A stretch of DNA of 26,158 nt, from positions 1 to 26,158 of the IMG/VR virus record IMGVR_UViG_3300012933_000129. The stretch is one strand, 5' to 3'. Origin of the DNA: a virus. Its lineage: Duplodnaviria; Caudoviricetes. Made by a program: the position numbers and the translations under genes. Positions 17,396 to 25,637 of the stretch are shown here, piece by piece. The stretch's first letter is position 1, and every line of letters starts with the position of its first letter. The notes beneath the pieces are model-generated. The model was given only the letters and a program-made list of their open reading frames with translations, was not told the origin of the DNA and did not search any database.

Positions 17396-17519
17396 TGTAT
17401 TCTGCTTGTGCTAGTTCTTCAAGGAAACCCTTAAAGATATTTACTACATCTTCTCTAGGTATCTTTTTACCTATGTCATGTTGTATATGTTGTTTTATTT
17501 GTTTGAGTGTGTTTTGCAT
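17343..17519 (-). CDS. Hypothetical protein, 58 aa (not in track)
   Basis: MQNTLKQIKQHIQHDIGKKIPREDVVNIFKGFLEELAQAEYNDQ...; weak RBS. Confidence 0.5.
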   Translation of the reverse strand: MQNTLKQIKQHIQHDIGKKIPREDVVNIFKGFLEELAQAEYNDQTGIHTNRHDEITES

Positions 17520-17520
17520 A

Positions 17521-17640
17521 TTAGTTCTATCTTGATGTTGAAGTAAACTTCAACTAAACTTCGTTAACACTCAGTTTAATTTCTTTCTTCTTTAATTGCT
17601 ATCTATTTGAAGTAATTACTAAGAACTAATTTAATTAAGA
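17521..17640. other. AT-rich palindrome cluster, candidate replication origin
   Basis: GTTGAAGT-AA-ACTTCAAC (17537-17554), TAAACT/AGTTTA (17555-17578), AGTAATTACT (17611-17620), outer TTAGTTCT/AGAACTAA (17521-17528/17622-17629). Confidence 0.35.
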
Positions 17641-18110
17641 GACATACACATGACCCTGAAGCAGACACGGCACCCTGTTAAGTGGATGCCGTAAAAAATG
17701 ACCCCTCGCTAGGATCAGCAGTTGGAACTTGTGTAGCCACAAGGTTTGTTTTATGTACATAGTGCTCTTGTTATGGGCTCTGTTCCTTACCCGACCAACA
17801 ACGATTTTTAAGAAGTAGCTTCTGGTGCCTATCTACTTCATCACAAGATTGTTACATTACTGTATCACTATGATTAACAACTATTCCGATTACGCAAATG
17901 TTACTCACAGTGGTGAGTCATTTAAAGCATCCTTGTTGCGACAAGGGTAGTGCGTAAAAGTTCAACTACAACTATTGAATTTGGCTGCCGTCACACATCA
18001 GAACGGATTCACCAACGGTATTATATTCGGCCCGTCAACCTTGTGTTGTATGATTTATTATTATTAGATTTGCCTAAGTGAGCCATGATTGTCTTGTGTG
18101 CCTATTACAT
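17641..18110 (-). ncRNA. Candidate large structured ncRNA (~470 nt), family not identified
   Basis: No ORF of 60 aa or more; about 12 adjacent stems, several needing G-U pairs only on the minus strand; TAAATA at 18114-18119 upstream. Confidence 0.6.
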
Positions 18111-18113
18111 TAG

Positions 18114-18119
18114 TATTTA
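18114..18119 (-). promoter_or_regulatory. Late-type promoter core cTAAATAc heading the non-coding region
   Basis: Followed by CTA-ATG-TAA (no peptide); downstream of the 18167-18198 terminator. Confidence 0.65.
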
Positions 18120-18158
18120 GTTTAACACAAAAAAACCCCTAGGAAAAGCGGTATTTTC

Positions 18159-18198
18159 GCCAAAGAAAAAGCCCAGGAACATGACTAACTGGGCTTTT
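18159..18198 (-). terminator. Intrinsic terminator, possibly bidirectional
   Basis: AAAAGCCCAG-N12-CTGGGCTTTT followed by TCTTTGGC. Confidence 0.85.
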
Positions 18199-18339
18199 AA
18201 AGGATAACGAAATTGTTAGAGAGGATTTGTTGTAATAAGCATCTTAGTAATGGCGTTAACTAGGACTTGTGAGTTAGCTGACGCTAACCCGATTCAGCGT
18301 AACTGAACCGCATTCGAGGAGAATACACCTCTCTAACGC
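18162..18339 (-). ncRNA. Candidate ~180-nt multi-hairpin small RNA
   Basis: TAAATA at 18343-18348; 10-bp closing stem GTTAGAGAGG/CCTCTCTAAC enclosing hairpins at 18291-18309, 18271-18290 and 18243-18264; terminator downstream; first ATG gives only Met-Arg-stop. Confidence 0.6.
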
Positions 18340-18345
18340 ATTTAT

Positions 18346-18861
18346 TTATTTCTTTTCCTCGTATTCAGGATTTAAACTGATATTGCCAGCGGAGTCACTT
18401 ATCCATTTGCGTTCGCGGTCAGGTCTGTATTCTTTGATTACAACATGTCCATTAGTTCGCTTTTCGACTTCACGCTCACCTTTGAAATACCGCATGTAAG
18501 CTGATTGGATCTCGTGCCCACCTTTAATGAAACTTTCTCCATCTGGACTTACAAAGCATCCACACGCAATACAACGAGTACGCCAGTGCGTAACAGGAGT
18601 AAAGCAAAGGCGTTTTTCAATTACTTGATTGGCTACAATATCGCCGCAGCCTAACTCACAAGCACGATGCACTGGCTTGATTTTGACAACTTTGAACCCT
18701 AATGTTGGATTGGCATCTTTGTTGATGTGAATCCATTCGTCACCTACTTTAACATCGTTTTGGTGCGAGTCATCTAGCCGCATGGTTGGGCTAGTAACAG
18801 GCTTGAGTTCTTTTATCTCAGCTACTTGTTGTATTAAATTGATTAAGGTTTGTTTGTCCAT
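18346..18861 (-). CDS. Hypothetical Zn-binding protein, 171 aa
   Basis: CELGC...HWRTRCIAC; preceded by TAAATA-TGAT-ATG. Confidence 0.75.
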   Translation of the reverse strand: MDKQTLINLIQQVAEIKELKPVTSPTMRLDDSHQNDVKVGDEWIHINKDANPTLGFKVVKIKPVHRACELGCGDIVANQVIEKRLCFTPVTHWRTRCIACGCFVSPDGESFIKGGHEIQSAYMRYFKGEREVEKRTNGHVVIKEYRPDRERKWISDSAGNISLNPEYEEKK

Positions 18862-18865
18862 ATCA

Positions 18866-18871
18866 TATTTA
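18866..18871 (-). promoter_or_regulatory. Late-type promoter TAAATA-tgat-ATG (probable leaderless mRNA)
   Basis: Same 4-nt spacing to the ATG as at terS. Confidence 0.65.
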
Positions 18872-18904
18872 AGATACAGACAAACTCCTTAGTATTAATA
18901 TTGG

Positions 18905-19231
18905 TTAAGCAGAACGATTTTCTATTTTGACTCTAAAGCTTCTAGCGTCAATTAGTCCATCAGTTGTGGTTACTTTGACTGTGACCACATAGCTCTTGCC
19001 TATTTGACCTTCTTTAAGTTCAATGTAGGTTTTGTTGCCGCCAGTGATACCACTGCTGACCTTGACTAATGGATCAGGATCATTGACTCGAGCTGTGACT
19101 GTGTAAACAGCTGATGCAATAGTGTCGTTAGCCACTAACCAATCTGACCAATCAAAGGTGTAGAATAGTTGTGCTTGTGGATCTTTGGTAATCCATAGTG
19201 TTTGGTTAATTTGTTCAAATCCGTTTGACAT
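18905..19231 (-). CDS. Small Ig-like virion / fibre-adaptor protein, 108 aa
   Basis: KDPQAQLFYTFDWSDWL...G.IGKSYVVTVKVTTTDG...RSF, a pattern seen in phage structural modules. Confidence 0.65.
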   Translation of the reverse strand: MSNGFEQINQTLWITKDPQAQLFYTFDWSDWLVANDTIASAVYTVTARVNDPDPLVKVSSGITGGNKTYIELKEGQIGKSYVVTVKVTTTDGLIDARSFRVKIENRSA

Positions 19232-19236
19232 AATTA

Positions 19237-22200
19237 TTATCCTTTTATTTTATAAGTTGGGGTTGATTCAATTGAAATTGAGTTTGAATCAGCATTGAAT
19301 GACCAAGATCTATCCTCGTACTCAATTGTGTACAAGTTTGACTCAGCTCTTATTGACCAAAGATTAGTGTCTCTTGGAACAACATAGGTTTCGCTAGCAT
19401 CAAAGTTGATTACTTTCGCATCGGATAATACAAATCCTTGGCACAGCAAACTAGCAACTGCGCTAATCTGTTTGCCTGCGTTTGTATTTAAACTAGCTAG
19501 TACTGTGATGTTGGCTGCGGTGGCTTTGACAATATTGCCAGTGACCTGCATACTGGCAGCAGCCATCTCAAGCGCAATAACATCACGGACTGCTCCGGTG
19601 TTGGCAGTTAAAGTGAATGCACTTGATAAGCTAGCACTAGAACTGTTGACCACTAGTGCATTGCAACTCAAGTTGGCAGTTACTGCAAGATTAGCTTGAC
19701 CAATAATACCAGCATCAGCTGATGTAGTCATTGAACTTGCACTGACCAATACCGCTGATGTTGGACGGTTAACACTTGATCCACTAGTTAGTGTTGCGCT
19801 AGTTTCTAAAGTTGCTGAATTGCTGGCTAATGTTTTTACATTAGCTGTTAGGCTAGCTACTAGTGTTAGATCGACTAAAGTATTACCAATCTTGTTGATA
19901 GCAGTTAATTCACTGGCAACGCTGGCAAATGCTGATGCTAACTGTTTGATTCGCAATGCGCTAACGGCAACTGTAGATGTTGTAACTAAGCTGGCTGTGA
20001 GTGTTCTTGAAACAGTTGCGCTAACTTGTTGATTTACAACACAATTAACTGCTGAACTAGAGCCACGGAGTCTATTTGCATTTGCAACAGTATTGAATGT
20101 TGCTGTCATGCCAACTGAACCACTTGGCAAACTCACTGCATTAACAGTCATTGCAGTATCTGCACTAACTGAACTAATGATAGGTCCGATGTTCTTGGTT
20201 ACTGTACAAGCAATTGAACTTGATACAGTTAGGTCAGCACTGGCAATTTTACCTGATTCTGCCGCGGCTGTTAATGAGCTGCTAACTGTTAGGTCAGCAA
20301 CTTCAGGGCGGATACGACCAAATGCACTTACTAAGAAACCGTTAGACTCTAATGCTATCTCAACAGTTCGAGTAGTATTAGCTGATGCAACTAATTCAGT
20401 CAATGCACTGGCTGCTGTGGCAAAGTCAGTGAACTTGGTTACTGTACAAGCAAGCTGGCTATTAGATACTAACGAACTAGATGCATTTTGAATCTTAGTA
20501 GTAATTTCAACTAACGATGAATCAACAGACAAGCTAGCGGCTGCTGATTTAACATTGGTTACTGTACTAGTTAATTGAGCACTTGCTGACAAATTAGCAG
20601 CAGCGCCTCTGAACTTGGTTGTTAGGATTACTGCTGTTGCAGTACTATTAATGGCAGCACTGGCAGATTGAGTAACTGCAGAACTTGAAATGTATTCATT
20701 AGTAAACGCAGCAGAGCCAGTAGTAATAGTGAATGAAGAAGTAGAAGCTGTTAAGCCTAATGTTGCTCTTGTGACACTAGAAGCATTTAGTGTTACAGGT
20801 GATACTGTACTGATAGTGTAATCAGATGCAGCATAACTGAATGCGCTATAATCTCCATAACCACTGCCGTTAACAGGCAACGAATAAATTTCGTCTATTG
20901 AGTTGACCTTGATTGAATCACTAGTAACAACAATGTTCCAAACTTGTGAAGAGCTGCTTACTATTTTGTTTTGATAAACTAAGTTACCTTGACTTGTAAA
21001 CTTAACAATATATGATGCAGAATCATCATCTCCAATACAATAAATGAAGCCACTTGGACTGATAGACACGCTATTACGAGCAGAACTATTTTGACCTGAG
21101 ATGGCAATGTCTCGGATCCATTGTACTGTTCCGCTTGAATTTAATTTAACTAATCGACTGTCTTGATTTGGATATGTACCACTTGTACCAATGATATAAA
21201 TGTTACCAGCAGAGTCTGTAGTAATACCTGCTGAGCTATCAATAGCAAGCATGTTACTAGTAGAATATTGCCAAGTAATGTTACCATTGCTGTCTAACTT
21301 GGCTAATAAGTTACGACCAATGGTATAGATATTGCCACTGCCGTCAACTGTTACATCGTAGTTATTATAGACACCGCTTGCAGTGCCGTATCCGTAACCC
21401 CACTGTAGTACACCAGAACTGTTATATTTTACCAGTGCAGCTCTGTTGAATGTTGTAGCAGTCTGTCCAGTAACATAAAAGTTACTAGATGAGTCAGTTG
21501 TAGCAGTACCACTTAGTGATACCGGTGTTGATGATGATTGAGTCTTCTGCCACTGGATTGCTCCAGAGCTGTTGAACTTATAAACATTTGAACCAGCACT
21601 ACCATAAATGTTACCACTTGAATCTAATGCAATTGCACTGTTGGTCAAACTGTTGGCAATCTTAGTCTGTAGTACTGGTAGACCGTATTGGTCTAGTTTA
21701 ATAACATTACCAGAACTTGCCAATAGCACAGTATTACCGCTAGAGTCAACTGCTAGGTCATAGATAGTATCAGATGGTGATTGAACAGCTGACCAGTACT
21801 TGGTAATTCTATCAACAGTTGCGCTAACAGTTGAAGTTAATGTTAAACCAGCTGATCCTTGGTAACCAACTAATGCACTTGAAACTAATTGTGAACTTGA
21901 CTCAATGCTAGCAGCCATTGGCTTATTAGCTTCGGCTGTTACACTAACTGTTGATACACTGTCAAGTACGGCAAAGCTATTACGGAATATGTCAACAGTT
22001 AGGCTTGGGCTAAACAATGCGTTTTGTTCGGATGCAAAACTGCGGGTTCTACTTGCATCAGCTGATAGATCAAAGTTTGACTCAATGGCAACACTGATTT
22101 CTCTAGTAACATCAATTGAACTAATATCTAAACTGGTACTAGTAGGCATGCTACTATCAGTGTCACGGATTCTATCATTAATTGCACTTTGGCTAAAACT

Positions 22201-22740
22201 TGCACTGATAGTTGCATCAAGTGCTCGAGTTAATACACCGCTTGCTGAAACTGTTGAAGATGCAGTCCAAGCACCGCTGGCTTCAATGATTGATCCACCG
22301 TCAATGCGTACAGCATCACACGCCAATGAAAAAGCCGCATCTACAGCGGCTTCAGTGATTCTAACTCGTAGGTTATCTACGCTGAAAGTAACTTCACCGT
22401 CAAGGTTAGATCCAAAGTCAGTAAACTTAGATCCAGTAGTTACTTGCGTGAAGGCACTGGTAACACTAATGTTATTGTCACGGATTCTATCAACAGCAGC
22501 AGCAAGTGCTGCGTCAGTCATGGCAAATAAGTCAGCACCTTCAATATGACTGATAGTTGCAGTCAATGTGGCAAAGCCTGGCAAATCACCTGATCCAAAT
22601 ACAGCAACGCCGCCAGCAATGACACTAGCATCACAACTAATTGAACTAGTGCTAGTTACCTGTGATTCAGCATCAGCTGTATAGACAAAGTAACTGTCGT
22701 CTATGTAGCCCGTTTCATAGTAATATAAATCTTGTGTCAT
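19237..22740 (-). CDS. Large fibre/adhesin, 1167 aa: Ala/Ser/Thr ~20-aa repeats flanking a central beta-propeller
   Basis: Central repeated (V/L/T)DSSGNIY...KxNSSGxxQW blades; flanking periodic repeats such as SAAASLSVDSSLVEITTKIQ. Confidence 0.75.
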   Translation of the reverse strand: MTQDLYYYETGYIDDSYFVYTADAESQVTSTSSISCDASVIAGGVAVFGSGDLPGFATLTATISHIEGADLFAMTDAALAAAVDRIRDNNISVTSAFTQVTTGSKFTDFGSNLDGEVTFSVDNLRVRITEAAVDAAFSLACDAVRIDGGSIIEASGAWTASSTVSASGVLTRALDATISASFSQSAINDRIRDTDSSMPTSTSLDISSIDVTREISVAIESNFDLSADASRTRSFASEQNALFSPSLTVDIFRNSFAVLDSVSTVSVTAEANKPMAASIESSSQLVSSALVGYQGSAGLTLTSTVSATVDRITKYWSAVQSPSDTIYDLAVDSSGNTVLLASSGNVIKLDQYGLPVLQTKIANSLTNSAIALDSSGNIYGSAGSNVYKFNSSGAIQWQKTQSSSTPVSLSGTATTDSSSNFYVTGQTATTFNRAALVKYNSSGVLQWGYGYGTASGVYNNYDVTVDGSGNIYTIGRNLLAKLDSNGNITWQYSTSNMLAIDSSAGITTDSAGNIYIIGTSGTYPNQDSRLVKLNSSGTVQWIRDIAISGQNSSARNSVSISPSGFIYCIGDDDSASYIVKFTSQGNLVYQNKIVSSSSQVWNIVVTSDSIKVNSIDEIYSLPVNGSGYGDYSAFSYAASDYTISTVSPVTLNASSVTRATLGLTASTSSFTITTGSAAFTNEYISSSAVTQSASAAINSTATAVILTTKFRGAAANLSASAQLTSTVTNVKSAAASLSVDSSLVEITTKIQNASSSLVSNSQLACTVTKFTDFATAASALTELVASANTTRTVEIALESNGFLVSAFGRIRPEVADLTVSSSLTAAAESGKIASADLTVSSSIACTVTKNIGPIISSVSADTAMTVNAVSLPSGSVGMTATFNTVANANRLRGSSSAVNCVVNQQVSATVSRTLTASLVTTSTVAVSALRIKQLASAFASVASELTAINKIGNTLVDLTLVASLTANVKTLASNSATLETSATLTSGSSVNRPTSAVLVSASSMTTSADAGIIGQANLAVTANLSCNALVVNSSSASLSSAFTLTANTGAVRDVIALEMAAASMQVTGNIVKATAANITVLASLNTNAGKQISAVASLLCQGFVLSDAKVINFDASETYVVPRDTNLWSIRAESNLYTIEYEDRSWSFNADSNSISIESTPTYKIKG

Positions 22741-22749
22741 TGCGTGTCC

Positions 22750-23487
22750 TTATGCTGTATCATCAGTTTGTGTAGTTGACTCACAGTGGAATAATCCTAA
22801 TGTAGTTGCATCATTGACAAATGCAGCCGTTGGTACTGTTAAACTTGAAGTTCCTGTGTATCGTGTGCCGTAAGTTACACGGAATTCATCAAATCTAACA
22901 GAGTTGTTGTTACTACCGTTAATACCTTTACCTACATAAAAAGCAGGCTGGTTTGTTGAAGTTGAATAAACCACATTATTAACTCTTAGTGTGCCACCCT
23001 GCCAAATACTCAGCCTACCTGAACTATTAACTTGAAGTGCAAAATGCTGCCAAGTTGCAGTTGGTATAGTCAAGTTCACTAGAGTACTAGCACTACCATC
23101 ATATAATTTCCAAGTGCCTTGGCTAGTATTCCATGACAGTGATAAATCACCGCCACCTGCTGTAGCTAGACTTGAGAATATGTCAGAATTTGTAGCCCAG
23201 ACGCATTGGTTACTATTTGATGGTGTAAAACTGATATACATCCAAAATTCAATGCACATTGGAGTCGTACTTTGCCAATAGGTAGCACCTGCGGATGTAT
23301 TACCAAATGCCAAGCGGTGATAGTTATTACTAGTTGCTACTGTGGCAATAGCATTGCCAAATTTACCAGCACTAGCACTTCCGCCTGTACCTGAGTAGTT
23401 AGTAGTCCAAGTACTATTAGTCACACGCACACCTGACGGTGCTGCCGCAGCCTTGGCTAATGTATTAAGTCTTGCTACTCCAAACAT
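22750..23487 (-). CDS. LamG/concanavalin A-like lectin domain protein, 245 aa
   Basis: CIEFWMY, TWQHFAL, FDEFRVT, PTAAFVNDATTLGLFH. Confidence 0.85.
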   Translation of the reverse strand: MFGVARLNTLAKAAAAPSGVRVTNSTWTTNYSGTGGSASAGKFGNAIATVATSNNYHRLAFGNTSAGATYWQSTTPMCIEFWMYISFTPSNSNQCVWATNSDIFSSLATAGGGDLSLSWNTSQGTWKLYDGSASTLVNLTIPTATWQHFALQVNSSGRLSIWQGGTLRVNNVVYSTSTNQPAFYVGKGINGSNNNSVRFDEFRVTYGTRYTGTSSLTVPTAAFVNDATTLGLFHCESTTQTDDTA

Positions 23488-25052
23488 TATGCGAATCCTT
23501 TTGCTAGACTTGCGTAGTAAGTTGTACCAATGTAACTGACAGTTAAGATGTCAATAGAGTTAGCCGCAGTTGATAATGTTTTTAATCCACCAGCAAACTT
23601 CATTGTTGATGTTAGTGTTCTTGAACCAGTTGCGTCTTGTGTAATAATTAAGGTAATACTTTGTCCACTCACTGGGCTGGCAAATGCTGAAAATGTCAGA
23701 TTACCTGTTAATGTAATAGTTCTAATAGATCCGTCAGCGGCATTAGGTGTAATGGTTGCTACATAACTTAATGCGGAAACAGTTTCACGGATGTCTTTTA
23801 AAGTAGCAGTAGTACTTACAACTAATGCAGTAGTAGTTAGTACGCCAGTATTTGGAACAAAACTTAATCTTCCTGAAGTTACATTCAATGCATTACCAGT
23901 GCCACTACTATTAGTAACAAAAGTTGGATACCAAGTGCCTGTTGAACTTGTATTATCTGTTATGCTAACACCAACGGCATTAGTTGCTGATCCACTAAAA
24001 CTTGTAGCAGTTAATGTACCAGTTGATGGATTATATGTAAATCCAGTATCAGTTCTAGGTGATAAGTTGCCAGTTGCCGCATTGACGAATGTTGGATAGT
24101 TAGTGGCGTTAGTAGTGTTATCTGCTGTTAAAGTAACTGTACTAGCACTTGAAGCATTACCAGTTAACGAACCTACAAAAGTTGTAGATGTTAAAACTCC
24201 AGTTGATGGGTTATATGTAAGGCCAGAATCAGTCTTTGGTGAAACATCACCGACTGTGGTTTCTGCAAACAACATGTATCTAGTAGCGTTAGTAGTGCTA
24301 TCACCTGTTAATGATACTGTTGATGCTACTGATGCTTCTCCTACTGAAAGGACGCTAGGACTAACATCAACCCAGTTAGTGCCGTTGTATTGTAGAACTT
24401 CACCAATAGTGGCGCCTGTAATGGCTACATCACTTAGACCATCTAAGTTAGTAGCACCGCCACTGACTGTGGTCCAAGTCATTGCTGAACTACCATTAGT
24501 AGTCAATACTTGTCCGTTAGTACCCATGCCAGTTGGGAAGTCAAGAGCACCAAGAGTGATTTTACCACTTGCTGGAGTTAGTTGAATATTACCAGTGCCG
24601 TTAGGAACGATGGCAATGTTACCATTAGATGCTGACACAATTGAATGTCCATTAACATCTAAGTCGCCACCTAGTTGTGGAGTTGTATCATCAACAATAT
24701 CACCACCACCAGCGGCTGGAGTTTCCCAACTTAGAACACCAGTACCACCTGCTGTTGTTAATACTTGTCCTGCTGAGCCTGGACCTGCTGGCCAATCAGT
24801 TGCGCCAAGTGTGATCTTGCCTGATGCTGGAGTTAATTGAATATTACCAGTGCCATTAGGAACAATAGCAATATTGCCGTTGCTAGTTGATACAATACTG
24901 TGTCCGTTGACATCTAGGTCACCGCCTAGTTGTGGAGTTGTATCTTCAACGATATCTTCAATCTTATCGTTGTTTAGGTTATTGATGTTGGCATCACCTT
25001 CGGTCCAGGTTAATGCTGAGCCTTTGGTTGCTCTTGTGTAAATTGTTGACAT
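23487..25052 (-). CDS. Tail fibre protein with internal repeats, 521 aa
   Basis: RATKGSALTWTEGDAN N-terminus; two copies of DTTPQLGGDLDVNG; GQVLTT; three YNPSTG-type repeats; C-terminal TLIITQDATGSRTL...IDILT. Confidence 0.85.
   Translation of the reverse strand: MSTIYTRATKGSALTWTEGDANINNLNNDKIEDIVEDTTPQLGGDLDVNGHSIVSTSNGNIAIVPNGTGNIQLTPASGKITLGATDWPAGPGSAGQVLTTAGGTGVLSWETPAAGGGDIVDDTTPQLGGDLDVNGHSIVSASNGNIAIVPNGTGNIQLTPASGKITLGALDFPTGMGTNGQVLTTNGSSAMTWTTVSGGATNLDGLSDVAITGATIGEVLQYNGTNWVDVSPSVLSVGEASVASTVSLTGDSTTNATRYMLFAETTVGDVSPKTDSGLTYNPSTGVLTSTTFVGSLTGNASSASTVTLTADNTTNATNYPTFVNAATGNLSPRTDTGFTYNPSTGTLTATSFSGSATNAVGVSITDNTSSTGTWYPTFVTNSSGTGNALNVTSGRLSFVPNTGVLTTTALVVSTTATLKDIRETVSALSYVATITPNAADGSIRTITLTGNLTFSAFASPVSGQSITLIITQDATGSRTLTSTMKFAGGLKTLSTAANSIDILTVSYIGTTYYASLAKGFA
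24546..24956 (-). repeat. Intragenic duplication (~52-aa core, 255-nt offset)
   Basis: DIV(E/D)DTTPQLGGDLDVNGHSIVS(T/A)SNGNIAIVPNGTGNIQLTPASGKITLGA at about 24801-24956 and 24546-24701. Confidence 0.9.
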
Positions 25053-25110
25053 GTGACTTGCTCCACTTATATTTGTTTTCTACAACATACTAGGAGTCTA
25101 AGTCTAGAAT

Positions 25111-25147
25111 GCTGGGTTTACTCAGCCTGAAAGGGGGCGAACCCCCT
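25111..25147 (-). terminator. Hairpin pair / probable attenuating terminator
   Basis: AGGGGG-TTCG-CCCCCT followed by TT (25132-25147), then GCTGAG-TAAA-CCCAGC (25111-25126); short U-tract. Confidence 0.6.
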
Positions 25148-25165
25148 AACAAGATTAGCTTAAAA

Positions 25166-25585
25166 TTAAGCTAGGCTGACTGTCAAGTTACCTGATGTTA
25201 CTTGGAAAGTATCACCGGTATCGATTGTCTTAGATGTAGTTACTGCACCCCAGAACAATACATTGCCTGAACCAGCTGTACCACCGTCCATTACTGCCAC
25301 ATGAGTAATAGTACCCCATGATGCTGTAGCTGCGTCGAAAGTTACAGTGCCGTTAGTTGCACTTGTACCACCTGAAGCTGCTGCAAAAGTTACTGCCTTG
25401 CGAGCATAAGCTGTACCTGATGTTGATGTTTCATCAGTTAAAGTTCCTGCTTCTAGGTTAGCTGCTGCGTTGCCTGAGGTGTTATTGAACAAAGCCAAAT
25501 AACGAGTTGTTGGGGCTGTATAGCCTGTCGCTGTTAGAACATGGTCAAGAACCTTGTTCTCTAAATAATTACTTGCTGCTGACAT
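25166..25585 (-). CDS. Virion structural protein (fibre/decoration-associated), 139 aa
   Basis: SNYLENKVLDH...YLALF...YARKAVTF...WGTITHVAVMD...GNVLFWG, a familiar phage structural pattern; AAGGAGA RBS. Confidence 0.75.
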   Translation of the reverse strand: MSAASNYLENKVLDHVLTATGYTAPTTRYLALFNNTSGNAAANLEAGTLTDETSTSGTAYARKAVTFAAASGGTSATNGTVTFDAATASWGTITHVAVMDGGTAGSGNVLFWGAVTTSKTIDTGDTFQVTSGNLTVSLA

Positions 25586-25637
25586 AAATGTCTCCTTATA
25601 TAAGTTGTCTCTTGGACTTGCTTGCGAATCGCACTAT

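Noticed and set aside
17521-18345. tRNA, CRISPR mini-array or group I/II intron in the non-coding block
   Set aside because: I see no cloverleaf with a T-loop GTTC, no regularly spaced direct repeats, and no interrupted flanking gene.
13239-19490. TAAATA inside coding regions (13239, 17438, 19485) as promoters
   Set aside because: Compatible with chance in AT-rich DNA. They might be internal promoters, but nothing else in the sequence supports that.
400-25041. Plus-strand ORFs in the supplied track
   Set aside because: All are antisense shadows of well-supported minus-strand genes and show no recognisable motifs.
23487-25052. Internal repeats as a diversity-generating retroelement TR/VR pair
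   Set aside because: Both copies are in frame within one gene, the differences are mostly synonymous rather than adenine-specific, and there is no reverse transcriptase.
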